From contig JACRDK010000010.1 of assembly GCA_016218585.1 (NCBI GenBank), positions 68,974 to 132,973 of the forward strand: a stretch of DNA of 64,000 bases. The letters run 5' to 3'. Source of the DNA: Candidatus Doudnabacteria bacterium (GTDB lineage: Bacteria > Patescibacteriota > Doudnabacteria > UBA920). Positions 37,120 to 45,647 of this stretch are shown piece after piece. Both the position numbers and the translations under genes were made by a program. The number at the start of each line of letters is the position of its first letter. Within the stretch, counting starts at the first letter, position 1. Below the pieces are notes generated by a model. That model saw nothing but the letters and a program-made list of their open reading frames with translations, did no database searches and was not told where the DNA came from.

Positions 37120-38034
37120 TTATAAATTCATTTCTCTTAATCTTTTTACTCTGTCTTCAATTGGCGGGTGGGTGTTAAACAGCCCGGCGAGCCAAGGCTT
37201 TTTGCCGTTTTCATCGGCCTTAAGCGGGCTGACAATGTATAAATGCGCAGTGGCTTTATTGGCGGCTTCAAGCGGTTCGCGATCAGAAGAAATCTTTTCT
37301 AATGCCCGAGCCAAGCCTTCCGGGTAGCGGGTTAGCAGCGCGCCCGAAGCGTCGGCTAAATATTCGCGTTGGCGGGAAATGGCCAGCTTAATTAATGTTG
37401 CAATAATAGGAGAAAGAATAGCTAATATTATCCCGGCAATCATTAAAATGAGTTGGATTTGGCTGCCGCCCTCGCTGTTATTTGATTTCTTGCGGCCTCC
37501 CCAAAAGCCGGCGCGCAAAAACCAATCCGCTAAAAGCGTAATGGTGCCAACCAACACAACCACCAATGTCATAACGCGAATGTCGTAATTGCCAATATGG
37601 GAAAGTTCGTGGGCAATAACCCCTTCCAGTTCCGGTTTTTCCAGTTTGGCTAAAATTCCGGTGGTCACGCAAACTACCGCGTGTTTTGGGTCGCGGCCCG
37701 TGGCAAAAGCATTCGGGGCGGTGTCATCTATAATATAAATTTTTGGCGTTGGCAGCCCCGCGGCAATGCATAAGTTTTCTACTATATTATAGAGTTGGGG
37801 ATTGGCTGCTCTGTCTACTTCCTGGGCGCGGGAAAGCGCCAGAGTTATGGAATCGGAAAAGTAATAGGAGATGAAGCTAGAAAATACGGAAAAGCCTACG
37901 GCAAAAAATAGAATTGCCGGGTCGTCATAGACTCTCGCAAAAATAAATCCAAGCAAAGAAATAATGAGCAAAAAGCTGAATATTAAAATCCAGCTTTCGC
38001 GTTTGTTCTTGTTAATTAGATCGTAGGTTAACAT
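37120..38034 (-). CDS. htpX: Zinc metalloprotease HtpX (M48 family)
   Basis: HELSHIGNYD is an HExxH motif. TM helices are present at the N-terminus and centrally. Confidence 0.85.
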   Translation of the reverse strand: MLTYDLINKNKRESWILIFSFLLIISLLGFIFARVYDDPAILFFAVGFSVFSSFISYYFSDSITLALSRAQEVDRAANPQLYNIVENLCIAAGLPTPKIYIIDDTAPNAFATGRDPKHAVVCVTTGILAKLEKPELEGVIAHELSHIGNYDIRVMTLVVVLVGTITLLADWFLRAGFWGGRKKSNNSEGGSQIQLILMIAGIILAILSPIIATLIKLAISRQREYLADASGALLTRYPEGLARALEKISSDREPLEAANKATAHLYIVSPLKADENGKKPWLAGLFNTHPPIEDRVKRLREMNL

Positions 38035-38115
38035 AAAAATTATAAAGTTTTCAAGTTCATAAAGTTTATCAAGTGCACCGACTTGATAGCTTGATGAACT
38101 TTGTAACTTGATGGA

Positions 38116-38661
38116 CTAAAATTTTACGTTTACCGGCTGGCCTTCTGGGCCTTTTTCGTCGATGTCAAAAAATTCACGTTTGCCAAAACCAAACATCCCT
38201 GCAAAAAGGTTGGTGGGGAATTGCTGAATTTTGGTATTGTAGTCGCGGACATTGCCGTTGTAAAAACGTCTGGCTGCCTGGATTTTGTCTTCCGTGTCGG
38301 TAAGGTCGGCCTGCAGCTTCATAAAATTTTGGTTGGACTTTAAGTCCGGATAGGCTTCGCTCACGGCGAACAAGCTTTTTAACGCGCCGGAAAGCATATT
38401 TTCATCCTTTAATTTTTCCGCCATTGATCCGGCGCCCATAGCCATAGTGCGGGCTTTGGTTACATTTTCCAAAACAGAAGATTCCTGCTTGGCATAACCT
38501 TTAACGGTTTCAACCAAGTTGGGTATAAGGTCATACCTTCTTTTTAACTGAACTTCAATGTCGCTCCAGGCTTCGTCTACCTGGTTCTTGGAACGGACAA
38601 GCCCGTTAAACAAGATTACGGCAATTACGACTATTGCCAAAATTATCCATACAAATATCAT
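38116..38661 (-). CDS. lemA: LemA family protein
   Basis: An N-terminal TM helix and a LemA-like conserved layout. Confidence 0.75.
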   Translation of the reverse strand: MIFVWIILAIVVIAVILFNGLVRSKNQVDEAWSDIEVQLKRRYDLIPNLVETVKGYAKQESSVLENVTKARTMAMGAGSMAEKLKDENMLSGALKSLFAVSEAYPDLKSNQNFMKLQADLTDTEDKIQAARRFYNGNVRDYNTKIQQFPTNLFAGMFGFGKREFFDIDEKGPEGQPVNVKF

Positions 38662-38762
38662 ATTTTTGATTTAGTTGCTTAATTTTTCTACGCCATAATT
38701 ATAGCACAAAAGGGGGGATTTGTGTGAGTTTAACTAGATTATCCACAAGTTGCCCGGCCCGC

Positions 38763-38824
38763 TTGACAGAGTTTTATTTACTGCTATACTTAGATATATC
38801 GCTATACTTAAGTATAGCAGTAAA
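38763..38824 (+). promoter_or_regulatory. Sigma-70-like promoter (TTGACA-N16-TATACT) overlapping a perfect 16-bp inverted repeat, a putative operator of the TrpR-like gene
   Basis: TTGACA at 38763-68. The inverted-repeat arms are tttactgctatactta (38777-92) and taagtatagcagtaaa (38809-24). Confidence 0.55.
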
Positions 38825-38848
38825 TTTTAAGAGAAATATAATAATTTT

Positions 38849-39172
38849 ATGCCGGTTTCTTGGGAGAATAAAAAAACAGACAGTCTTGTTAATGCGTTTT
38901 TGGCTTTGCGAAATAGCGCCGAAGCCAAGATTTTTTTGCGTGATTTAATGACGGTTTCGGAAATTAACGAATTTGGCAACCGCTGGCAAGCGGCGCAGAT
39001 GCTAAGCCAAAATGAATCTTATTCAACTATCCGCGGAAAAACCGGCTTGAGCCCCCGCACTATTGCCCGCATTTCCAAATGGCTCAAAAGCGGCATGAGC
39101 GGCTACAGCCTTATTATCAATCGTTTGCAGAAGCATCACACAAGCTCTTCTTCTAAGAAAGGGCTGGCTTGA
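38849..39172 (+). CDS. TrpR/YerC-YecD-like DNA-binding protein
   Basis: LRDLMTVSEINEFGNRWQAAQML...GKTGLSPRTIARISKWLK is a TrpR-like HTH. Confidence 0.55.
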   Translation: MPVSWENKKTDSLVNAFLALRNSAEAKIFLRDLMTVSEINEFGNRWQAAQMLSQNESYSTIRGKTGLSPRTIARISKWLKSGMSGYSLIINRLQKHHTSSSSKKGLA

Positions 39173-39245
39173 TAATGCTTTAAGTAAAATTGTCACTCAA
39201 CCCCTTCTTGGAAGAGAAGGGGTTTTTAATATTAATTATAAATTT

Positions 39246-40484
39246 ATGAGGAAAATTCAAATTGGAGTTATTGGCTCAATGGCTGATTTAAAATACCCAA
39301 AAAAAATTGAAAAAGTTGCTGAGAGGGTTGGTTTTTGGATTGCTAAAAATCAAGCAGTTTTAATATTCGGTGCCGAAAAGGACTCCGATTCCCTTTCTGG
39401 TGCTGCTTGTCGGGGGGCTAAAAAAGCAGGGGGTTTGGCAATTGGCGTTACTTACGGAAAAGGTTTAAAGATTTTTGAGCAGCAAGCGGATGTGGTGATT
39501 GCAAGTGGTTTAGAGAGAGGTGGGGGGCGAGAGTTTCCTTTGGTGCTGAGCTGTGATGTTGTTATAGCTATTAGCGGAGGGTCAGGAACTTTAAATGAAA
39601 TTTGTGTTGCTTATCAGGCGGGTATTCCGGTGGTAGCAATTAAAAATAGTGGCGGTTGGAGCGAAAAGTTAATTGGTACTTTTTTGGACAACAGAAAACG
39701 CGAAAAAATTTATGAAGCAACTAATTCTTTATCTGCTGTGAAAAAAGCGCTTGAATTAGCTAATGGAGCGGTAAATAAATTAGTTCTCCCAGTTTTTTTA
39801 ACTGGTGTACATGGAGATGAAAAAGTTGGGCAGAAAGTTTTAAATTCTTTGCAAAAAGAAGGTAAAAATTTCTCATGGCTTTTGGGAAATAAAAAGGCTT
39901 TTATTAAAAATCAGAGGTTTGTAGAAGGGGATTTAAATCGTTTGGCTCCTGGAAATATAAAAAGCAAAGTTTATGAAGAAAGGTTGGCGGCTCGACTTTT
40001 AAAAAAGTTGATTTTGTATGATTATGTAATTGATATTCACGAAACTGTTTCGGCAAGCGGAATTTTTACTATAGTTACAAATCCAACAAGGGAAAATTTG
40101 TTGCTCGCTGGTTGCCTACCAATACAAAATATTGTTATTTGGCAGTCTGGATTAAATAGTGGAACAGGTCCATTAATGAATTTTGTAAAGTGCGGAGTTG
40201 AAATAGAGTGTGGTCCTAAAGGCTTGAACCAAATGGAGATAAATTTAAAAAAGGTTATAGAAAAAATATTAGAAGATGGAATAAATTTTGAAAATTCTGG
40301 TTTTGGCAATAAACAGATATTCAAAGTATATGGGAAGTTACAAAATAACCAAGCTATTAAGCCCATCGATTTCAAACTTACAAAAATTTGTGGGGAAGAA
40401 TTTTATCCTTTATTAGTCGGACAGTACCCTAACATTATCTGTTATAAAATGAAAAAAATTAATAAAAATTTATGGAAGTTTTAA
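39246..40484 (+). CDS. Fusion protein: LOG/TIGR00725-like (SLOG) Rossmann domain plus AstE/AspA (succinylglutamate desuccinylase/aspartoacylase) zinc-hydrolase-like domain
   Basis: N-terminal IGVIGSMADL and ISGGSGTLNEI are LOG-like motifs. C-terminal LTGVHGDEKVG and DIHE are AstE/AspA-like metal ligands. Confidence 0.5.
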   Translation: MRKIQIGVIGSMADLKYPKKIEKVAERVGFWIAKNQAVLIFGAEKDSDSLSGAACRGAKKAGGLAIGVTYGKGLKIFEQQADVVIASGLERGGGREFPLVLSCDVVIAISGGSGTLNEICVAYQAGIPVVAIKNSGGWSEKLIGTFLDNRKREKIYEATNSLSAVKKALELANGAVNKLVLPVFLTGVHGDEKVGQKVLNSLQKEGKNFSWLLGNKKAFIKNQRFVEGDLNRLAPGNIKSKVYEERLAARLLKKLILYDYVIDIHETVSASGIFTIVTNPTRENLLLAGCLPIQNIVIWQSGLNSGTGPLMNFVKCGVEIECGPKGLNQMEINLKKVIEKILEDGINFENSGFGNKQIFKVYGKLQNNQAIKPIDFKLTKICGEEFYPLLVGQYPNIICYKMKKINKNLWKF

Positions 40485-40591
40485 AATCTAAAAAAATTTA
40501 TCATATGGCCAATCCTCGTGCGCGGGGATTGATTGTGTATTTTTTTAGCACGCTCAATCCCTTCGCAAGAAGGAAACTCTAAGGAGGTAAA

Positions 40592-41188
40592 ATGAATATT
40601 ACAATAGAAGAGTACGATTCTTCGGGCGCTTCGGCACATCTAATTGATGCAGCAATTACCGCTAGTTACCAGGCAGCCTTTAGTGGTTTTCCATGGAATA
40701 GCCAGGTAACCGCTGAAGAAGCAAAAATTCAATTTGAAAAGCATAAGCGGAAAAATGGTTTTAAATGTCTTTATGCCATGACCATTATTCCAACGGCTTC
40801 AAATAATATTTTTTCAGTTAGTGAGCATGAACTTCTTGGAGCTCTGTGGTGGGATTGCCCTACTGAAAACCAACTACTTGAAGAACGGGGAGAAAAGTTG
40901 GTCAAATTTGCTCGCCAAAAAGCAAACACCCTTTTAATCTGGGAAAGAGAAATCTTTGTTCGCCCCGAGTATCATGGTAATGGTATAGGCAAGATGCTGC
41001 GGAAGTCTTTTTTGGAAAAATTGCCAATCATTTATGGGTCATTCTTAGTTCTTACTCGAATGCGTGATGATAACATACCTGTTATCAAAATTGCTGAGGA
41101 ATTTGGGTATGAAAGAACTGGAATTAAAATTTCTTCTAGCAAGCCGGGGATAGATCATGAATATTGGTTTTACAAAGCGAAAGAATAG
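40592..41188 (+). CDS. GNAT family N-acetyltransferase
   Basis: Motif A VRPEYHGNGIGKMLRKSF. Strong AAGGAGGT RBS. Confidence 0.7.
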   Translation: MNITIEEYDSSGASAHLIDAAITASYQAAFSGFPWNSQVTAEEAKIQFEKHKRKNGFKCLYAMTIIPTASNNIFSVSEHELLGALWWDCPTENQLLEERGEKLVKFARQKANTLLIWEREIFVRPEYHGNGIGKMLRKSFLEKLPIIYGSFLVLTRMRDDNIPVIKIAEEFGYERTGIKISSSKPGIDHEYWFYKAKE

Positions 41189-41202
41189 GAGATGCTGGAA
41201 AC

Positions 41203-42069
41203 ATGAAGGATAAGCCGTTTGTACTTTCCGAAGATGTCGAGGTGTTAATGGGTGGTTGGTCTATGCAGCGGGGCTTTAAGCTTCCGCCACCCGCTTTCTA
41301 TGGCGATTTACTGAATGCTATGAATAAATTGCTGGAAAATTTTTTTGGCACTGTTGTTATTGCCGAGGAAAAAATTATAAGCGGGCAAATAAATTCATGG
41401 GTTCAATCTTGTGGTTTGCCAGCTATATCTATGGATGGGGTATATTTCAAGTCGCCTCTTACAATCCAAGTCACAAGGTCGGTTGATGCTAAGGGTAAAG
41501 ACGTTGGGTTGTTGCCTAGGTACGGAGCATTGCCGCTCCCAGAACAAGTTAGACAAATTAGCGAAAGTGGGATTAAAGAGGCCGTGCTGGTAGATGATGT
41601 GGTGTTTAGTGGCGAACAAGCCATCTTCATTATTCAAAAGCTTTTATCTGCCGGAGTGAGGGTAAGAAAAGTTTTGACTGGCGTATCAGTAGGCGCAGGC
41701 CAAAAAATGCTTGAAGAATTCAAAGTAGAAAATCTGGCTGTGTACCAAGTGCCTGAAGTCATTGATGAAGTTTGCCAGCGGGATTTTTTACCTGGCGTGC
41801 CGCGATCTGGGCGTACGGTAGTGAACGCTGGTAATATGGGCATGCCCTACATACTTCCCTTTGGCAACCCACATAAGTGGGCTTCGATTCCAATAGCTAG
41901 TCAGTATAAATTTTCTAAGGAATGCATAGCAATAACAATGACACTGTTTGAGGCTGTAGAAAAGGCTTCCGGAGGCAAAACTGTTTTATGCTCAGACTTG
42001 GGCCGTATGGTTTTTTCTTTGCCTCATGACAAAACTAGATTTGTTGATGCCTTGCGCAGATTATTGTAA
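41203..42069 (+). CDS. Phosphoribosyltransferase-like protein
   Basis: VLVDDVVFSGEQ is a PRTase-type PRPP-binding motif. The start is taken as the ATG at 41203, after a GGAGA RBS. Confidence 0.45.
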   Translation: MKDKPFVLSEDVEVLMGGWSMQRGFKLPPPAFYGDLLNAMNKLLENFFGTVVIAEEKIISGQINSWVQSCGLPAISMDGVYFKSPLTIQVTRSVDAKGKDVGLLPRYGALPLPEQVRQISESGIKEAVLVDDVVFSGEQAIFIIQKLLSAGVRVRKVLTGVSVGAGQKMLEEFKVENLAVYQVPEVIDEVCQRDFLPGVPRSGRTVVNAGNMGMPYILPFGNPHKWASIPIASQYKFSKECIAITMTLFEAVEKASGGKTVLCSDLGRMVFSLPHDKTRFVDALRRLL

Positions 42070-42158
42070 TTCATCCGGCAGGATTAATATTCTGCCGGTT
42101 TTGTTTTAATTACTTTTTATGGTATAATTTATAAGTAAAAACAAATTTTCGAAACAAA

Positions 42159-44576
42159 ATGTCTTGGGTAGAAAAAATAAAAACCAGTGTTGATAAATAC
42201 ATTGATGACTTGGCTTTGCGCGAACTTCAGTATCGCGTAAAGTTGGTTTTGCGCGAACGGGCGGAACTGCAAACCTGGACAGATAGGGAAATAAAGCTTG
42301 CGGCCCTAGCCTTTAAGGATGATTTGAAAAAAGGTAAAAGCTTGGACACTTTGGTGGTTCAGGCCTTTGCTGTTGTAAACGAGGCCGCAAGGCGCGTTTT
42401 GGGTCAGTCCGCTTATGAAGTGCAAATTTTAGCAGGCATGGTTATTCATTCCGGCCGCGTGGCGGAAATGAATGCGGGAGAAGGAAAAACTTTAACCGAA
42501 ACTATGCCCGTGTATTTAAATGCGCTTACCGGAAAAGGCGTTCACATAATAACCACCAACGATTATTTAGCCGAACGCGACGCTAAATGGATGGGCAAGC
42601 TGTATGAATTTCTAGGTTTGAGCGTGGGATATGTAACATCTACAATGGAAAATGACGAACGGCGGAAGGCTTACGCTTGCGACATAACTTATGTCACAAA
42701 CCAAGAAATTGGTTTTGATTATTTGCGCGATAATTTAGTTTTTAGCAAAAAAGACAGAGTGTTGCGCGCGAACCACCCGTTATATTTTGGCATTGTGGAT
42801 GAAATTGACAGTATTTTGGTGGATGAATCGCGCACGCCGTTAATTATAGCGGAACCGGTTAAAGAGGAGCGCCAGGAATATGACAAGTTCGCTAAAATCG
42901 CGCAAAAATTAAAAGAGGAAGAGGACTATAAAGTAGATTACGCAAACAAACAGGTAAAAATGACAGATGCCGGTTTGGATAAAGCGGAGAAACTTTTAGG
43001 GAGCCCGGTTTTCTCGCGCGACAACCCAATGTATGTTTTTTATTTGGACGTAAGCTTAAAAGCCAAAGTTATTTTTGAAAAAGACCGGGATTATATTATT
43101 AGCGACGAAGGCGTGGAAATCGTGGACGAATTTACGGGACGCGTTTTGCCCGGGCGCAGGTTTACCGACGGCGTGCATCAGGCCATTGAAGCTAAAGAAA
43201 ATGTTAAAGTCAAAGATGCCGACCGCACCCAGGCAGCTATTACATTTCAGAATTTTTTTCCGATGTATGAAAAACTTTCCGGCATGAGCGGAACGGTTAT
43301 GCGCGCGCGTTCGGAATTTAATAAAGTTTATAAATTAGACGTAATTAAAATTCCTACTAACCGCCCGCTGGCGCGCATTGAACATAATGATTTGTTCTTT
43401 AAAACGGAAAAAGGCAAATTTTTGGGAATGATGAAACGGGTAATGCAAATTCACCGAAAAAACCAACCGCTGCTAATTGGCGCGCGCAATGTGGAAACAG
43501 CGCACAAGGTTGCCGGGCTGCTGGAAGAAGTAAATTTGCCGTTCCAATTGCTTACCGCCAAGGATCATAAGGCGGAAGCGGAAAAAATTGCCAAGGCCGG
43601 GCAGCCGGGAATGATTACAGTGGCGACCAATATGGCCGGGCGCGGTACCGACATTTTGCTCGGGCCCGGAGTTAAAGAGGCTGGCGGATTATTTGTTCTG
43701 GGAACAGAGCGCCATGAATCGCGCCGCATTGACGACCAGTTAGTCGGCCGCGCCGGCAGGCAGGGGGAGCCGGGCGAGTCGCTGTTTGTAATTTCTATGG
43801 AAGATGAAATTATGCAGCTATTCGGCAGTGAAAAAATTATTAATGTCATGGAGCAATATGACATTCCGGAAGACGAATATATTTCCGGGCAAACTTTAAG
43901 CGAGGCATTTAAAAAAGCTCAGGATTTTGTGGAGAGTAAAAATTTGGACAGCCGGTTGTATTTATACAAATACGATAACATTGCCAACCATCAGAGAAAA
44001 GTAATTTGCCAGTTGCGTGATTCGTTATTGGAAAATGAGCCAAATTTTTGGGAATTTGCCAAAACATCGGTGGCGGAAATTTTGCAGGACACGCTTAAAT
44101 TGGGCGACGCTTCCTTAATTGCCAAAGAAATGCTCGCGGTTTTTCATATTGCCGCGGATACTGAAGAGGTAATAAAGGCTTTTGGCGCCTCGCATACGGG
44201 ACAGGGGAGTTTTGCAAATGAATGGTTAAATCCATTTTATACAGAACCGCAAAACAGCAAGCAGGCGGAAGAACTTTTTTCAAAATTGTTAAAGTTTTTA
44301 ATCGACACAATGGAAAAAATTAAACAGGAAGAAGTAGTTTACGCCGCCAGCCAGAATTTAATTTTAGAAACAATCGACAATCAGTGGAGCAACCATTTGG
44401 AATTAATGGATTTGCTTAAGCAGGAAGCCAACCTTTTTTCTTACGCTTCGGAAGACCCGCTAATTGACTATATATTAGAGAGCGCCAAGCTGTTTGAAAA
44501 CATGCAAAAGCAAATAAAGAGGCAATTTTTGACGAATATTTTTTTGCATTTGCAGCAACAGGGCTTAATCGGGTAA
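42159..44576 (+). CDS. secA: Preprotein translocase ATPase SecA
   Basis: MNAGEGKTLTETMPVYLNAL is a Walker A. The DEAD-like motor and C-terminal domain layout are present. Confidence 0.9.
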   Translation: MSWVEKIKTSVDKYIDDLALRELQYRVKLVLRERAELQTWTDREIKLAALAFKDDLKKGKSLDTLVVQAFAVVNEAARRVLGQSAYEVQILAGMVIHSGRVAEMNAGEGKTLTETMPVYLNALTGKGVHIITTNDYLAERDAKWMGKLYEFLGLSVGYVTSTMENDERRKAYACDITYVTNQEIGFDYLRDNLVFSKKDRVLRANHPLYFGIVDEIDSILVDESRTPLIIAEPVKEERQEYDKFAKIAQKLKEEEDYKVDYANKQVKMTDAGLDKAEKLLGSPVFSRDNPMYVFYLDVSLKAKVIFEKDRDYIISDEGVEIVDEFTGRVLPGRRFTDGVHQAIEAKENVKVKDADRTQAAITFQNFFPMYEKLSGMSGTVMRARSEFNKVYKLDVIKIPTNRPLARIEHNDLFFKTEKGKFLGMMKRVMQIHRKNQPLLIGARNVETAHKVAGLLEEVNLPFQLLTAKDHKAEAEKIAKAGQPGMITVATNMAGRGTDILLGPGVKEAGGLFVLGTERHESRRIDDQLVGRAGRQGEPGESLFVISMEDEIMQLFGSEKIINVMEQYDIPEDEYISGQTLSEAFKKAQDFVESKNLDSRLYLYKYDNIANHQRKVICQLRDSLLENEPNFWEFAKTSVAEILQDTLKLGDASLIAKEMLAVFHIAADTEEVIKAFGASHTGQGSFANEWLNPFYTEPQNSKQAEELFSKLLKFLIDTMEKIKQEEVVYAASQNLILETIDNQWSNHLELMDLLKQEANLFSYASEDPLIDYILESAKLFENMQKQIKRQFLTNIFLHLQQQGLIG

Positions 44577-44587
44577 TTTTGTTTTTT

Positions 44588-44656
44588 TGTAGGGGCTGGC
44601 CTTGGCCGCCCAAAATCTCAGTAATTTAAAACGGGCGGCTGAAGCCGGCCCCTACA
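44588..44656. repeat. REP-like palindromic element, left copy (TGTAGGGGC...GCCCCTACA)
   Basis: A long imperfect hairpin immediately after the secA stop. It is paired with the copy at 45166..45249. Confidence 0.7.
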
Positions 44657-44708
44657 AAAGCAATTCTTTTGTATGAGTGTTTTGCCGGAAAGAAAACTAA
44701 ATCGTTAA

Positions 44709-45170
44709 AAAAATTTTGACTACGCGTCAGCGGGATATTATTTTATTACCTTATGTACAAAAAATAAGAAGCATTATTTTGGCAAAATTGAGAATGGCTT
44801 ACCAGTCTTAAATAAAGTTGGAAAACTGGTTTGCGAAACATGGCTCACTTTACCGGAAATATTTTCAGGCATAGAATTAGACTTAAGTGTGGTTATGCCA
44901 AACCATTTTCATGGGGTTATAATTTTTAAACGAAACCCTCATTATGCAAAAGCCTGTAAGCAGGCAAGTCTCGGACAAATTATTGGAGCTTTGAAATCAA
45001 AGACAAATGTTTTGACAAGAAAAAATATTTTTCCTGACATGAAAAGTGTTGAATTATGGCAAAAAAGTTTCTATGACAGAGTTATAAGAAGCGAAGTTGA
45101 ATTGTTAAAAATTAGAGAGTATATTCAGAATAATCCATTAAAGTGGAGTTTGGATGAATATTATGTGTAG
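44709..45170 (+). mobile_element. REP-associated tyrosine transposase (RAYT / IS200-TnpA-like, HUH-Y1), start disrupted by an in-frame TAA
   Basis: AGYYFITLCTKNKK, the HUH motif VMPNHFHGVI, and C-terminal REYIQNNPLKW. The upstream ATG at 44673 is in frame but separated by a TAA at 44706-08. Confidence 0.7.
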
Positions 45171-45249
45171 GGGCGAGCTTTATCTGCCCGAAAATTAAAA
45201 GCCCAGTTAAATATAAATCAACCGCGGGCGCCTAAAGGCTGCCCCTACA
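45166..45249. repeat. REP-like palindromic element, right copy, overlapping the RAYT stop codon
   Basis: tgtaggggcgagctttatctgcccg...cgggcgcctaaaggctgcccctaca. Confidence 0.7.
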
Positions 45250-45340
45250 AACCATTAATAAAATCAGATGGTTACGAAACCAGCGAGCATTTACGCCCAA
45301 GTGTATTGCCATAAAGGCTTTTTTTTTATATAATAATCCC

Positions 45341-45622
45341 ATGTTAAGCCGTGAAGAAGTATTAAAATTAGCCAAAATGGCTCGCATTGCTTTAAGCGAT
45401 GCGGAAGTCGAAAAGTTCCAAAAGAATTTGGATGCTGTTTTAGGCTATGTGGATGACTTAAAACAGGTAGATACTTCCGGTTTGGAAGAGGTTTCCCAGG
45501 TTACTGGTTTAATAAACGTTCAGCGTGACGATAAGGTTGTAGTTGAAGAAAACCGGGAAGATATTTTTTCCCAAGCCCCGGAAATGAAAGACGGATATTT
45601 TAAAGTAAAAGCAATATTATAG
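45341..45622 (+). CDS. gatC: Asp/Glu-tRNA amidotransferase subunit C
   Basis: N-terminal LAKMARIALSDAEVEKFQKNLDAVLGYVDDL. Lies upstream of gatA. Confidence 0.85.
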   Translation: MLSREEVLKLAKMARIALSDAEVEKFQKNLDAVLGYVDDLKQVDTSGLEEVSQVTGLINVQRDDKVVVEENREDIFSQAPEMKDGYFKVKAIL

Positions 45623-45647
45623 CGAGAAGAATTAAGAATCAAGAATC

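Noticed and set aside
38040-38115. Palindromes between htpX and lemA (caagttcat..atgaacttg; tatcaagt..acttgata) as a possible regulatory site.
   Set aside because: Most simply a bidirectional terminator-like structure between two minus-strand genes. No recurring copies seen, so not elevated to a finding.
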